Assembly (NCBI RefSeq): GCF_037042905.1
Contig: NC_087246.1
Coordinates: forward strand, 13,780,233-13,844,232
From: Lytechinus pictus
Taxonomy: Eukaryota
Reading direction: 5' to 3'
DNA: 64,000 bases
The translations under genes and the position numbers were made by a program. The notes beneath the pieces were generated by a model, which saw nothing but the letters and a program-made list of their open reading frames with translations, searched no databases and was not told the DNA's origin. Below are positions 34,828-50,143 of this stretch, in pieces (the stretch's first letter is position 1; each line of letters starts with the position of its first letter).

Positions 34828-35063
34828 GTACGAGCAGTAACAGGAGAGACCTACATGCTGAGCCAGGATGAGGAGCTCTGGGCCAAGGAGCTGCCTCCAG
34901 CAGTAGAGGAGCTCCTTCAGAGTGCCAGGGATCCTTTGGCAGACCGTAGTGACAGGAGGGGAGGTGGAGCCTCCAGGGCCAGGGAGAAGACGAGGGTCGT
35001 ATCCTTCCGTGTGCCTCACAATGCTGCTGTGCAAATCTATGACTACAAGGAGAAGAAGGCCAG
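34828..35063 (+). CDS. MVP: MVP exon 8 ([40 protein letters not shown]...[23 protein letters not shown]-).
   Basis: Matches human [30 protein letters not shown]...[25 protein letters not shown]. Anchored on ORF 34810..35067. Confidence 0.93.
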
Positions 35064-35831
35064 GTGAGGATGATTGTCAGTGGCATGATCAACAGCCATT
35101 TATTCATCACTATATTATTCATATTAGAGATCTATCAAATTATGAGGTATCAAGTTTTGTAAATTTTGTAATAATTACAAATCTGCAATGACAGTTAAAA
35201 GCTATTGAAATCATTCAATCTGTTTGACTGATTGTAAATATGTTAAAGAAATAGTGCATTTTTTTATAGCAAGTCTTTATGAAATGAGACCCTGATATTT
35301 TAATTTACTGCAGAATTACAGGTAGAATTGAATATTGGACGCTCTTGGCCCTGTAACATAAATGATACAACCATTTGTACAGATAAGCTTGGATGTGAGT
35401 CTATGGCAAACTTTTTACACAAAGCTGGAATCAATTGTAAATACTGATTGTACAAATTTTAATGTTATAGGGCCCTTGTTTGATAAAGATTTTTTTTCTG
35501 TAAAGTGTACAATGATGAAGTTAATGATAGGCAATGCATTACAACTCTGCAGCTGTTCAAAGCCTTCAAGAGGTCTGAATGCAAAGCCTATAATTTGTGT
35601 ACCGAAGGCCCTCTTGCAGTTTTAAATGTGCTAGTCTTTATGTGAAGACCCATCTGTTGATCAAAGTTTCAATCGGGGTCTGTGCCTGCAGACTAAGGCA
35701 TTATTGCCCAGCAAAATATCAGATCCCATGAAAGATAATAAATTCATAAACGTTAAAATATTCAAGATCATTGTTAATATTATTTTAATCAAACATACAA
35801 ATCATTTTAATATTCTGTTTTTCCTTTCTAG

Positions 35832-36029
35832 GGTTGTCTTTGGTCCTGAGCTGGTCATGCTTGGACCTGATGAACAGTTCACTCAGCTCAGCCTCTCAGG
35901 AGGCAAACCTAAGCGCCCCAACGTCATCAAGGCCCTTTGCCTTCTCCTGGGTCCTGACTTCTGCACAGATATCATTACCATCGAGACTGCTGACCATGCC
36001 CGCCTGCAGCTTCAGCTTTCATATAACTG
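35832..36029 (+). CDS. MVP: MVP exon 9 ([65 protein letters not shown]).
   Basis: Matches human [66 protein letters not shown]. Confidence 0.94.
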
Positions 36030-36447
36030 GTAAGCATGGATAGTTTATGTCAATGGATGTAGTCTTTCAAAAATATTGTTGTAGGTAGTGTATGAGAAAC
36101 AAGGATGTAGATTTATTATCACAAATAAGTGGCTGTTATTGAAAAGATGGAAATATTATCCTTTTGCTCATACAGCAGTTGGAGGGTACAGCCATGCTGT
36201 TTTGCTTTGTAATATGCCTTATTTAGTTCTGAACAAATGATACCCATCTCATATTCAATCAAAGAAAGAATTATAATCCACACAGACCAGCGTTGGGAAA
36301 TAGGGAAGTAGAATTATAAATTTTCATGCATTATTGGCATAACATTTTGATAATTACTTTAAACCAATTTCTATTGCCTCATTCCCGGAGCATCCATCAT
36401 TAAGTATTAAGTTTCATGTTTGTATGTACCCTCCTTCTCAATAATAG

Positions 36448-36592
36448 GCACTTTGAGGTTCCAAATAAGACTGACGAGGTAGCGTCTGCTAAGCTCTTCA
36501 GTGTACCTGACTTCATTGGTGATGCCTGCAAGGCTATTGCATCCAGGATCAGGGGTGCTGTTGCTGGAGTACAGTTTGATGATTTCCACAAG
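36448..36592 (+). CDS. MVP: MVP exon 10 ([49 protein letters not shown]).
   Basis: Matches human [49 protein letters not shown]. Confidence 0.94.
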
Positions 36593-37117
36593 GTACAGTT
36601 TAGCTATGAGAACTTTGATATAAAATGGATGTGAATGAAGGTTGTGCTCGTATGGTTGGACCCTCTACCCACTCAAAAAGAAGATAAGGTCACCTAGAAT
36701 TTTTTTCCTATGAATAAGGAGAGAGCGCAATGTATGTTTGATTGAAGAATGCAAAGGTAAGGGGTTACATTATCGATTGCCTACCTTTTGGATCAGATCA
36801 TGGAAATATCAGTTAAGCTTTGACAATTCTCTTTGTATTCAATTCCTCTGTAAATTAGAATGGAATGTACTAAAATTGTGATTTAAATAAAAGGATGGGA
36901 TGTACTAATATTGTGATTTTTTTATTAAAAGAATATTAATGGAGATTCAAATGGAAGATACTTGTTTTCCCTTTCTCTGACATATTAGAACTAAAATTAT
37001 CCTCTTCATGTTAGTTCCTTCATTTGGATTAATGGGGTATTTATATTTCAGTTATCCATGGAAAGACGAAGTGAGCTTCAAATAAAAAGTATTTATTCCT
37101 CCCTCTTTCCAACACAG

Positions 37118-37329
37118 AATTCTGCCAAGATCATCCGTGCCTCTGTTTTTGGCTTTGACGAGAAGAACAAGGTGAGGGAGTCCTTCCTGTTCCCTCAAAA
37201 TAGCCTAGTGATCACCTCCATTGATATCCAGTCTGTAGAGCCTGTAGACCAGAGGACCAGGGATGCTCTACAGAAGTCTGTTCAGCTGGCTATTGAGATC
37301 ACCACAAACTCACAGGAAGCTGCTGCCAG
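37118..37329 (+). CDS. MVP: MVP exon 11 ([70 protein letters not shown]-).
   Basis: Matches human NSARIIRTAVFGFE...[48 protein letters not shown] (shoulder domain). Confidence 0.94.
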
Positions 37330-37759
37330 GTATGAAAGACATTTACAATCTTCACCAATTGGCTATTGGCAACACTCTAATGCATGAATGCACTCTAAAA
37401 CACAAATAAAAAGTAACAGAGAAAGCGTTTAGCCAGCCATATACCTGGACTTTGTGAAGCAGGAATTCACTTTTGACCACTAACATGAAGAGCAAATTAG
37501 TCTTTGATAATTGATTCTTTGCAATGTATATTGATGTAAAAGTTCAAATACCGTCATTCAGTGCTATTTGCCACAGTTTTTGTATAGAGTTGGTACGGCC
37601 TTCACTCACTCTGAGAAGTATGTATATATGAATCATCACCATTTTGATTTGTTCTTGGAAGTAAAATTTTGTCAGTTATATTTATTTTTTGCACCCAGTA
37701 CTATTGCCATAAAGTAAAAATGAAATTAGTAAGCCACTCAAACTTCACTTCAATTTCAG

Positions 37760-38003
37760 GCATGAGGCTGAGCGTCTGGAGCAAGAGGCCCGTGGTCGCC
37801 TTGAACGTCAGAAGATCCTGGATGAGGCAGAGGCGGAGAAGTCTCGCAAGGAACTCCTGGAGCTCCAGGCCAACAGTGCAGCCGTGGAGAGCACCGGTCA
37901 GGCCAAGGCAGAAGCACAGTCTCGAGCTGAGGCTGCCAGGATTGAAGGAGAGGCTGCTGTGGACCAGGCCAGGCTCAAGGCTGAAGCAGCCAAGATTGAA
38001 TCA
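37760..38003 (+). CDS. MVP: MVP exon 12 ([82 protein letters not shown]).
   Basis: Cap-helix coiled-coil region. Matches human [65 protein letters not shown]. Confidence 0.93.
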
Positions 38004-38631
38004 GTGAGTATTGCATTTGTTTATCTTTCACTGCAACGAGTTCTTCATGGCAGTTGCATCAACCTCATTGCCATAGATGGAATGAATGTATGGGAAATAT
38101 GAGACTTTCTACAGTTTATTTACAGAGGGGTTTCAGTTTGCTTTTCACTTTTTCAGAAAAGGAATGCATGTAATTTTCAGCTGTTGCGCCTTTTGCATTA
38201 TGAAATATTGAATTAGCAAGTGTATTTCTTGCATAATTGCTGTCAGACTTTGTGACAATACTTTTGTCAAAAAGTATGGAAAATGTAAAAATTTCTTGAT
38301 ATCAACAAATTTTTTGTCTAAAGGGAAATGTACCCTCTGTACTTGGTAGTAGTACTCTAAGTACATCTTTCTAGTGGGTGATGTGACATGGAAGTGTGAA
38401 TATAAGTATATTTGTACAGATAAAACAATTAATTCAAAGTTCTGTTCTGTCAGAATTTCTGTGATTTAAAAGTATGAAACTTTTTTTTTAATACGAACAC
38501 TTTGTTTGGAAATGTATGCCGTTATAATATTTTGACTTGAAATTTACCATTTTAATTTTGGAAGAGATGACCGAAGATAAATGATAATTTATAAAACTGA
38601 AAACTTCTTGATCTCAACCCCTCTCCTCTAG

Positions 38632-38820
38632 GAATCTGAGCTGCAACGCCTGACCAATGCTCGTGAGGCCGAGACCAAGTACGTCAAGGAACAGAATGCC
38701 TTGGAGGTCAACAAGGCCAAGCAGATGTCTGACATTGAGACTGAGAGGTTCGGGAACATGGTTCAGTCCATTGGAGCCGAGACCATCAAGGCCATGGCTA
38801 TGGCTGGACCAGAGATGCAG
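38632..38820 (+). CDS. MVP: MVP exon 13 (ESELQRLTNAREAETKYVKEQNALEVNKAKQMSDIETERFGNMVQSIGAETIKAMAMAGPEMQ).
   Basis: Matches human ...[26 protein letters not shown]. Acceptor ctcctctag|, donor CAG|gtatgt. Confidence 0.92.
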
Positions 38821-39479
38821 GTATGTCAAGTCTTTCAATCCTTTCCCTGCAGTAGTATTACAGGAGATGGTAGCCTTTTCATCTTTTAGTTGGAACATTT
38901 CCAATTTGAAGTTAAAATACTATGGTGTCCGCAAGTGTCTTTTGCTTATGTTTGATGGTTATTTCTTAATTTGGTGGAAAATGCAGTGAATAGGAAACGG
39001 TGTGGTTTGAGGGGGAAAATGAATGGGAAAAGGGAAGATAAAGACCATTACTTGGGATAGTGTCTGATGTGAAGAATGAATTGTATTATTACATCATAAT
39101 GAGGGAGGCAGAGATAGAGGGTGTTGAGAAGGAAATGACAATTTGATTCTTGGCTTATCCCGTTGGCAAACACCCAAGAACAAAACTTTTTGGTTGTAAA
39201 ACTGAAAGTGCTACATTTTATCCTGATGATAAAACAATACAACTAAATTTATGAAAGGCATTTCCCTGTCTAAAATCAGGAGCGTGTTTCATTAACACTT
39301 ATGTCCAACAGATTGTCTGATCCAACATCTCTCCTTGAGTTTGATTGGTTGATAAGCACATTTTCTATGTTGGATAAACATACTTTGTTGAATAAAACAT
39401 CCGTCAAGTCCTTTCATGAGATGCACCCCAGAACTTCATCATGATCATCATTCTGCAAAACTTTGAAACCAGCTCATAA

Positions 39480-39656
<177 letters not shown>

Positions 39657-41589
39657 GCCATCCCCATGTCATGTCCAGTCGTTACAAAGCAAGAGAGGGA
39701 TTGCATGTAGTATTCCAAAGGTCACATCCATCATTGTCAGTATAGACAATATAGTATATATCTATTGACTATTTTGCGAATGATGGGTCAGGTAAAAAAC
39801 TGAATTCTACCTATGGGGGGAATCACAATTTTCCTCCTTGTTATTCTGTTTATGAGCATACTAAAACCACTGTCCCTTTTCATGTAATTATGGGTCAAGG
39901 AAGAACTAATGATATTTGGTTCTGTGATTTCTTTTAAGGAGCAGGGAGATGGAAGCAGGGGTCTTTCTATGTAACAATTTTGTCTTATTTCTAGGACAAT
40001 TCTTTAGAAATCTGATGATTTTGTGAAACCGCCTCCAATTGTGCATTATGTGATCTTGGTATAAAAGCTCTTGTACTGCAATTCCAGGTGTAGTATTCAA
40101 TTAGTGAATGTTTCACTAGGATGTTTGAAATTATTATTGGGAGCCACTGTAGAATGCTCTTCTTTCTTTAAACGAGTATGAGTTTAGGAGACATGTGCCT
40201 GTGTCTCTGTGTGCTGTAATCAACGATTTAAAAAGAGAGAGTAAAATAAACATAGGATATTTTGAATGGAAAGAGAAGTTGAAGGCTTTATAGGTTGTTG
40301 CTGAAGTTTGATATTTTTGAGAATTTGTGACTCTATTTTTAGTTCTTCACTCTTCATAAAGGAGAGATTTTATTATAGAGCCGTACATGTAGGATAATTT
40401 TTTTTGCTAGTGTCTGAAATGGTTCTTACACTTGTCATGGTTATTCATACATGAATTTGAATGTAGAGATGAATTCTAATGGCTTTATTGTAAATAAAAA
40501 ACAAACGGTCAGAGAGCTATAGTGTATGTTTGTTTTGGTTATCTGAAGATTCATGTGTTTTTCATTTTTAGTTCCTTCATAAGTCTTTCAATTTAGAGGA
40601 TAGATGTTTTTACCAGAAAAAAATTCCTGATAAATCAACCTTGAAAAGGTGGAAATGAGTGTTTACATCAAGTATAATACATAGATTTAAACAGAAATGT
40701 ACACAACTATAGGGATACCTGCACATATCAAAACTTCGCATTTCTATGTCACTTGTTTCTTACCAAAGTTTGAATTGGATGGCTATAACAATTGTGCGAT
40801 CTGAGAAAAAAAAAATCGATTCATTCTAGCAGCTTCTTTCTATAATAATCAAGAAGTGATCTTATTGTCAACTGTTCACTACATTTGTAATGGGTAATTA
40901 TGTCCTTGATTTGATGATCAATTATTGTGCCTCTTATTTCTGTGCTTCTCTAACTATAAGTGAAGAAGTTTTATGTTGTGTTTTGTGTTGTTAGAGCTTT
41001 AATAATGTGGTATACTTACTGAAGTGCAGTATAATAGAATTTATTTTATTAGTCACCTTTATATAACATTTCCAGATAGCCAAAGTGTGATATCTAAAAG
41101 ATATTTTATATTTTGAATGTGTTTATCATGCAATCTCAAAATTATAACTGTCTATGAAGAATTTGTTTACCTGTATTTTTCTATATTCATTGTTAGACAT
41201 ATTTGCAAAGGCTAAATAAAATATTACCAGATGGTTTTCTTGTACTAAAATCCAATTTTGTGGATTGTTGTCATTACAAGTTTAATTTTGTTTAATAACA
41301 CAAATTGAATATAAGAGATATAAATATATACCATGAAGGTCGAGGATCTGACTAACTATTCACATTGAAGGAACATCCTCTTCTTCAGAGGGTCAAAAAT
41401 TGAGAATGGTACTATGAAAATAGTATGGGCCAAATAAGTTTTCAGAATTTTCTAAGCAAACTTATACTGGTACCAAGAATTATAGATACAAACTGGGGTT
41501 TAGTCTGTGTGGCATTTCAATTTTGGCATGCACATTTCAGTCAGAACATATAGTAGTCTGAGATGGGCTTTTCCAGTCACCCGTTTTTA

Positions 41590-41870
41590 TAATGGAAGGG
41601 GCTTGTTTGTGAACCAGTTTATAGAAATGTAGAGACAGTGATTTTCTGTTTAATAAAATGGTCTTTCCGTTTCTGAAAATCTGTAATTCCGTTTCAACTT
41701 GATCTAAAAATGGAAATTCCGCTTTGTCACTGAAAATGTACACAGCAAAAACCTGAATTCCGTTTTGCAAAAGTGAATTCCACGAATTTTTACATGAAAA
41801 GTATAAGAACCAAACAGAATTTCCGTTTTATTTACCGGTAAAACGGAAAATCACTGTCCCTAGAAATGGT
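41590..41870. repeat. Array of 6 or more copies of a (g)aaattccg(t/c)ttt motif, flanked by an 18-bp inverted repeat (gacagtgattttctgttt / aaacggaaaatcactgtc).
   Basis: Read directly. Non-coding, between MVP and the convergent gene. Confidence 0.5.
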
Positions 41871-44800
41871 GTACTGGTAATCCAAAGATTTTCATGTCAC
41901 TGGTTTTTCAATTACTTCAACCTTTCTCTCCACGTCATTAGATTGTATCCATTATCTGACTTATTTGGGAGTTTTCGCTTAGTGGCGTACGGAGAATTGA
42001 ATAACAGAGAAAATGCATTGTCAAATGCCGTCATGACAAAGAACAAAGAAGTCTTTGTCGAAAATTGAATCAAAACAGCAGTGTAGTCGTTGATTCTGGA
42101 TGAACAACATACTAGCAATTTTTCGGTAGATATAAAAATTAAAATGAAGCTGCTGTTCCATCTCGCTAATTATGACCAAATAACCTCCATTGTAATCACG
42201 TACAAATACAATTCACATGTAAAAGACACAAACACATGAATAATTAAACTTGTGAGCAGATCATTTTCCTGCTTCATTTATTGTATGAGCCCACGTCATT
42301 GCCCAATGTACACATCAGTATCTCGACTTAGATCACCATAAAATAAAAATAAAGATTGTAGGATAAGCTTGAAAAGAACAAGAAATATGAGTTCAAAAGA
42401 ATTAAGCCTTCAAAATAGAAAAATCACTTTTCTTTACTCTGATTCATATATCACTTTTTATGAAATGTGTAAGAATAAGATATAGAATGAAAACTAAATT
42501 CTAGAACAGTTCTATTAACTCTAGATAAATTAGCTCTGATATAGTTGCAAGAAGGTCTAAAGATACAATATATTTACTGTCAAAATGCTACGTATAAAGA
42601 ATTCTATTACTGGTAGCGAGAGCCAGGAGCAAAATTTATGCCAAAGCTTTGATGCGATATATGTTGGGTTAATACACTTTAAGCTGCATACGACCAGAGT
42701 CAATCAAGACCTGCAGAATTTTCACACACAAATGATATGTATTTCATTGAAAATGAAAATTGATGGGTCAGGGATTTCAGTAACAGTCTTGGGCCAGTTC
42801 CTCAAAACTTTCACAAGTTTGAAGTATTTAATACAACTGACGAAACTTCTTTTATAACCCATAACATGTGTTGTGATCCAATGGGATGAGAATAACAGGC
42901 CCCGAAGTCCCAAGACCTGTCTAGTCTTGGCATGGAAACAAATTATAAACATAATCTTGATATAAGATGATGTACAATTGGAGCTAATCGGAGTATACTA
43001 TGAGCATCCATGTTATTACGAATATGGTTTGGTTTCGTTTTAATACAATATATGAAGATTCTGCTCTTAAAAATGGCTTTGGACTATCAAACTTGATAGT
43101 CCCTGTGGTTAAGGTGAGATCCTAGGAAGTTTGCGAGTAATCAAAAAATGTGACGATCTCTAATATACACACGTATTTTAGACACGTGCCTAGAAATGTT
43201 AATTTGCACAAATTGATTCACACAATCAAACATTCAACTGCTTTATTCTAATGGCGGGAACAAACAAAAAATAGCAAATAATATAGCAAAATCTTTGATA
43301 ATAAACAGTATGAAATCTAGTAAAAGTAGCACATCTACATTACATGTACTTAAGAATAGTCATGGATGAAATATTACCTGCATCTTTCCGAACATCTAAC
43401 ATGAAATTTGTCTAAATTGGTTCCTGAAGTTGTAAAGCGAATAGATAGACATTTCTTGAAAAGGCAATGAAATCAACAATTAGCTTGTGGAAATAAAAAC
43501 AATTTTTTAAAAATAGGAAGTTCAGTCAAAACAATGCTGGCTTATTGGATTATTTATGGAAAGCAGACAGATGAAGAGTCAAGATTCATGATAAAATTAT
43601 TTTAGTGCAGTGTTCAAAACCAGTTCTGCAATCCATACACTCACATGCATACAAACAAACAAACAAAAAGTGTCATAAACATTAGATTGCGTGAAGGAAA
43701 TGCTGAAAACAAAAAAAACAATAAAATATTCATGTTCATTACAAATATACCACATAGAAAGTGAAATTACACTGCAAAATATAAGGTTATAAAATATAAA
43801 AAAATTCAGACAGAGAATCTTATTACCAATTCTTTCCCTATGCTAAAACCATAATCATAATCATTAGAATCAATGCAATTTTAATGAGTTGTTGATCAAA
43901 AAGACATGAATATCATAATCATCATCAGTAAATGACATGGCGCGAGGAGAGCCAAGAGTTTAAGCCTAGCTTATACGACTCGCAGTATTATAACATTCAT
44001 TTTCTGAAAAAATCTAAAAATACCTTAGTCACACAGCCTGTCCCCTTTTTTTATTATTGGAAGCATTTGCATACATTTGATTTTTAATTTTATCTGATTT
44101 TTATGATTTAAATAAGACATTCATATATTGTCTGAAGATTACTAGCAAAAACAACCTATGACCCTACATGCATACATGGTCATCTTACTCATTTAAAAAT
44201 CAAAACAATTTTTTCTAAAGCAGAAGTATAAACTTATACATGTACTTATCAAATACTGAAATTAAGCATGGCAAATTTTAAGCATCGCATTTTTAACCAT
44301 TTAAGTGAAAACAGCTCATCAAGAATTTTGTACAAAAACATATATTTCTGTGGTGAAATATCGTAATTTAAAGACTTTCATACTATGATGTGTACATTAT
44401 GGCAAACTCATTCCTTATAACTTGTACGGGACATACAAACTTCGGTATGATTGCCATTTGCCAAGCAACCTACTGGTAATAATCTTCCTTTTTTTTCTTT
44501 TCACATTTTTTTTCTCAAAAGCAAATATCTTTCAAAACAGATACAAGTAATTCAATATAAAATTAAGTGAAAAACTTTTTCAATTCAAATAATGATTTTG
44601 AAATACAGGTATAATCATAAAGTTAATTTGAATAAGAAGATTTTTTTTTATTGAAATAAATGTTCATGAAAATTCATGAAATTGCTAACATATCTCCTTC
44701 CAGTAATAAGTTCAACTTCATGAAACTTTTGTTTTTAAATTTTCAGAAACAAACAAGAGAAATGGAAGGATTTTAATTTCATTTTACATGTACCATAATG

Positions 44801-47800
44801 ATATAATAGGACTTTGTGTAGCTCAAATATCTGTTAATGGTGCAACAACTAACATCTGCAAGTGAAAAAAAGTTGTGCATGCATATTTAAAATGGGACCG
44901 AACAAATGCTTAGATATAAAATGTGGTCAAAATGTGTTTATTTTTCAACTACATCAACAATGGTTTTCTTCCTATTTACCCTATTATCAGTATATTCACA
45001 TGTGTAACTAGCACTAATTTTGTGATCATTGTCATCTTGCAAGGTTTCTTCCAACTCCATCTCATTGGCTATATCACAGCGTTCACTAGTAAAAATTCAT
45101 AGAGACCTTATTAGAAACAAATCTCCTCAAACATATTATTAAGGCAAATAAAGCACAGTATGTTTATACATATGACATATTTTGTTGATTTCATCACGTA
45201 ATAGGTCCATGATTTCATGAACTATGGAGGTGTACGTCTTGTTCATAAGACTGACCAGTAACCAATTGCACTGTATAGTTGATTTTTCATTTGTACTTAA
45301 TCTTTACCTTTGTATCAAATGAACATGATGCACTAATTTACAAGCAATTTCTTCCCAAACTTGGGGGAAGGAGGAACTTATAACCTGTGTGCAGCTTACA
45401 TGTAGTAGTTAAGGACCTATGAACAATTATTTCCAAATTTCAAATCCCATTGAGGCCTTTGAGCAAAGCAAGAATACACATTAGCCACCATCTAATCCAG
45501 GAATTAAAAGGTATCCAGTCATAGCTAATGCCTGGAATATGCATATTTGGGGCGAGAAATTCCAACGTACATTGTTAGTGTCTTAAGCCTCTTTGAAAAG
45601 AAAAAAAAACCATGGTAATCAAACTTTGACAAGATTCACAATATTTTAGGACTAGATTCTCAGTTGTATAGACATCAGAGCTTTGTCCTAATATTGTAAC
45701 ATCAAATTACAATTACCATTGAGCTTGACTAAATATATATTTTTTTAGCCAAGTGTCATGCTAACTCTCTGGAACCATGTACATGTACTGTCATAGTCAC
45801 TGCTTGAATCAACCGCTGCGAGAGCGGAATTTCAAAATAAAAAAGATCAACATTATTCCCGATATAGCTTTTTTTCTGTGTGAAATTTTAGTCATATGAA
45901 CAATATTAAATACAACATGAATCCAAATTAAGTATTTTCTTTTTTAAATAAGATCTTTGTAAATGCTAGTCAATGCCTTACATATATGCACAAAATAAAG
46001 AATAGGGATGCAAGACATGCAATTATGCCAGCAAAATATTTTTTTCATTTTTTTTTTCAAACCTTACATTTTCATGCCTCATATCTAAGAAAAATTTGTC
46101 AAGAAAAGAAACATATCCTCAAAATAAAAGTAAGTTTTTCAAACCCCTGGTAAACTTCATAACTATATAACTAAACTTTTTCCTTTTACAACTTTAAGTA
46201 ATTAATTTATAGAGATTAACTTATTCTTCTTTTGCAAATTATCAATAAACAGTTTGCTTATTTTCTGCTTCTTCGCCTTTTTGTGATAACACATGTAAAG
46301 CTTACACTGTACAAAAATATTTTTTTTTTCCAAACCCCTCTCTGATCACACACTTCTCTCAACACTTTGTTTTATAATTCTACAATTTTCACACCCAATG
46401 TTTATCATCACTGTCTCTGATTTAACATCCATTGGGTGCAGATGAACCTGTACAGGTGTTCACAAGAAAACATGTACAATTTACACAACATATTGCAACA
46501 TGTTAGAAGATAAGATTCTATGATACAAAAAGCTAAAATTGCTTCTTCTTTTTGTTGCATATTACATTATCTTTCTCTCCACAACAAAAATCTATTTCTC
46601 AACCAAATTTTTCCTCCAATACTACAAAAGCTCTCTTTCCTTCACGCAATCTGCCAGTTGCATAATGCAAAAGTATCGCAAGTCAAAGCTAATCCTCCTT
46701 CTTCATATATCTATATACATGAGTGTGCAACCTACTTTTAGTACTTTCTTTCAAAGAGAAATAAAATAGAAATACATGTACATTGGATCTAACAGACAGG
46801 AAAGGAAATCCATACAATATATTAAAAATCACAATGATCCCAGTGGGTTTTAATAAGACAGCATCTTGAGATAGGAAGCAGCAAGAACAGAAGAGGTCTT
46901 TTGAGGGTGAGAGATGAACAATTGTGACATCACCTTCTAGAAAACCCAAGTCACATGAGTTCTGTGATGATGTGAAGTGAAGAAATGTGACATAATGTAA
47001 CCTTATAGATGTGACACAACCTTTGAGACACATTAGTCACATGGTACTATTGGTGATGTCATAGGAAGAATAACGACACAAGCTCCCAGATATGACATGA
47101 CCTGCTCGACACACCAAATCACAAGATATATTTTATTATGCAATCTCCAGAAACATAACCCAATCTTCTTGACAATGAAGAGATCTGAAGAAAGGAACCA
47201 ACAAGATAATACCAAAAGTGACAAAAATTGCTTTTACCCAACAATCTATCTAGAAATAGAGAGGCATTCTGGAATCTCCATTCATGCCATCAGTTCAGAA
47301 GATTTTCAAAGACTGCTGTTATATCTACCCTATCACTTGTTTTCCCACATCATTTCTTAATTTTAGACTTTTCTTCATGAGAATGCCTTTGATCATTAAA
47401 AGGTGAATGTATAATACACATCTCTTCTTATTTGTTTTCATTTATCCTATATTAGTCAGCAGATCACACAGAACATGCTATGGATGTTTGTGGCTTTCAT
47501 CTGCAATCCATTTACACATTACAAACATCCTTTAAAAAGGACATTATCAGGGGAAGTGGCTCCCTTCATTCACCGACCTGATTAAATATCCATGAAGCAT
47601 CCCATTTTAATCAGCAAGTTCAGAAAATTGATGAATTTGGCAGGAGAAAAATCATATTCTATTCTGCCAAAACACAAGATGGAGACATGTGTAGGTGGAG
47701 GATGTGTATCAAAATACTGTAGTTCACAATATAAAATTTTCCATCTTTAGAACAAGCAACAGTTGTACAAGGAAAGCACTTCGTCAGCACCTTTGCAATG

Positions 47801-50075
47801 GTTATACGACTGGCTATGACTGGCTATAACTAGGACGTAACCAAAGTGGCACTTCTCAACATGTCAAAGACTACATCTCACATTGTACTGATGTTTGATA
47901 GCTTATATCTGATTCCTACTTATGCAAAGACCTGCTACTTGCTGTAAAATTACTGGCCTCGTTTGGGTCATACTCAAAAGGACCTTGGGCCATTTATCTC
48001 AAAACCAAAAGGAAGATTTCTTTGGCATTTAACAAAGTGATGTCAAAAACACAACATAATCAAAACAAACAAATTTTCATACAAAATCTGAAACAAAATG
48101 TACATAAAAAGGTCACTTGCACTTGAGCCCGCAATATCTAAGAGAATCATATACTTCTGAAACCCCTAACATTAAAAAATAATCTAAATTTGAACAAATT
48201 ATAATGAATTTAAAATTTGTATGTAGAATCAAGAATTAGGAAATCTTGAATTGGGATTTGATCCCAATTCATTACTTAATATTAAATAAACTATAAACGG
48301 TCTACTGCCCTTATTACCACAATTATTATTTTATTAGATTTTACACTTTAAGATAAATTGTAATTTTTTTCATGAAAATCCTTCTCGGATGAATAAAAAT
48401 AATATCTCAAAAAAATATACAAAGCAATACTTTTAGCAAAAACATCAAGCTGTATTCAGAGCAGGGCAACTACCACCCTCTTCATTGTCCAAACTATAAT
48501 CATACCCTGTTCACATATGCCACATTGTAAATAGGAACACATAAAATTTCTGTATTTTATTGCAGCATTCTGGCTGACTCATTCAGATACTCCAGTCAAA
48601 ATACTATAATCACTGTGTTCAAACTATCTCGCACTTACCGGGACATCTCCAAAAAAACTCAGTCTGAACGCTCAAGAGAAAAATGCTTTGTTTCCCAATT
48701 TTTCCCCCTGGTTAATGGAAGGATAGGCGATATTCCACTGAACTATGCCATTCAGTGCGACATTCCGATGGGGCGCAGCACAAAATGCGGAAACAATGAA
48801 CTGCTTCCACATGCATGGCAGTCAGCCATGACCTGTCCCCTGAAGATTGGGGCACATGTGAACACTCAATCATAAAAAGAATGACTGACCGTCCCCCGGT
48901 AAGCGGGGAACAGTATGAATGCCAGGATAACTAGAAATTTTGTGTTTTTTTTTTAATAGCATACATTTGACAGGGATTTGACAGTGCTTACCCTTAAACT
49001 GCCTATATGAGTAATATTTACAATAATGATGCTGTATTGGACATATGAACAGGGTACTAGTCAAATATACATTATCTTTTTTAAAAAGATAAAAGATGAG
49101 TGTAAAAGCTACCGCCATACATCACTGAAATCATGTTATTGATTGGCTCAGAGCAAATAAGCAAAATAATTGTAGCAATTGTTTGAACAAGTTTAATGAA
49201 AGAGGGAATAAACATATCCAACTTTCATTAAGATGATTCCCAACGAGTTTAAGTAAATCTACATGTAGCATTGAATTTTGAAATTTTCAAATTTCAGGTG
49301 AAATATGTGAGATTTTTGCTTAGCAAGCTACAGACTACACACTGCTGAGATGACAAACGGATATGTCCCCATTCTCTTAAATACAAGTCTCATTATAGAT
49401 TTTTTTTTTGCCTCAACAGTCATACATTAGACAACATTTCTTTCATGAAGCAAATCTGCATGCCAAGATAGCATTTCATCAACATTTTTCATCCGACAAG
49501 TTGTCAAATCTGACAACTCTCCTTGATTTTGATTGGCTGTGTAGCATGGTAACTATGGTAACCATCAGATAAAACAGGACCTGTCATATAAAACATCCAA
49601 CAAGTCCTATTATTAAATGCTCCCTGAGCTACATCTGTGAAAAGAACTTACTTCTCTCACAACCCTCAGATTCTATGTCCATGTTGAGTTTGAAAAAAAA
49701 TTGATATCAACTGCTCGAGAGCATAGGGGAATATTCCGTATTCAAAGATTTATGTGATCAATCATAACAGCATCAAATAGTATGCAATGCTTCTAAACAC
49801 CAACTTTTGAAAGTTTATATTCTTTCACACATGGATCATTGTACTGGATCACACAAATCACAATTTAAATTCATACTGCAAGAACATAACATATCAATGT
49901 ATCAAACTAAAGCAAACGTGAAAAATATAACAGACAAAATAGTTGTAAGAACGAAGAAAATATTATGTTTGTTTTCTCAAGAATTTGGACAAAATTTACA
50001 CACAAACAATGACACATGATAGCATGCATTAGATTCATTACGTTATGTTTTAAAGACAACATCTCATAGAAAGTC

Positions 50076-50143
50076 CTATTCTTCTTCATAGACCACAACC
50101 TTGGATGACTGCTTGGTCAGCTCAAAATTCAACTTCTCCCATT
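50076..50143 (-). CDS. Putative terminal coding exon of the uncharacterised gene (-EWEKLNFELTKQSSKVVVYEEE*). Stop TAG at 50078..50076.
   Basis: Acceptor ccacacag|AA is phase-compatible with the 1-nt overhang of the 2.1-kb exon. Short charged C-terminal tail. Confidence 0.45.
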
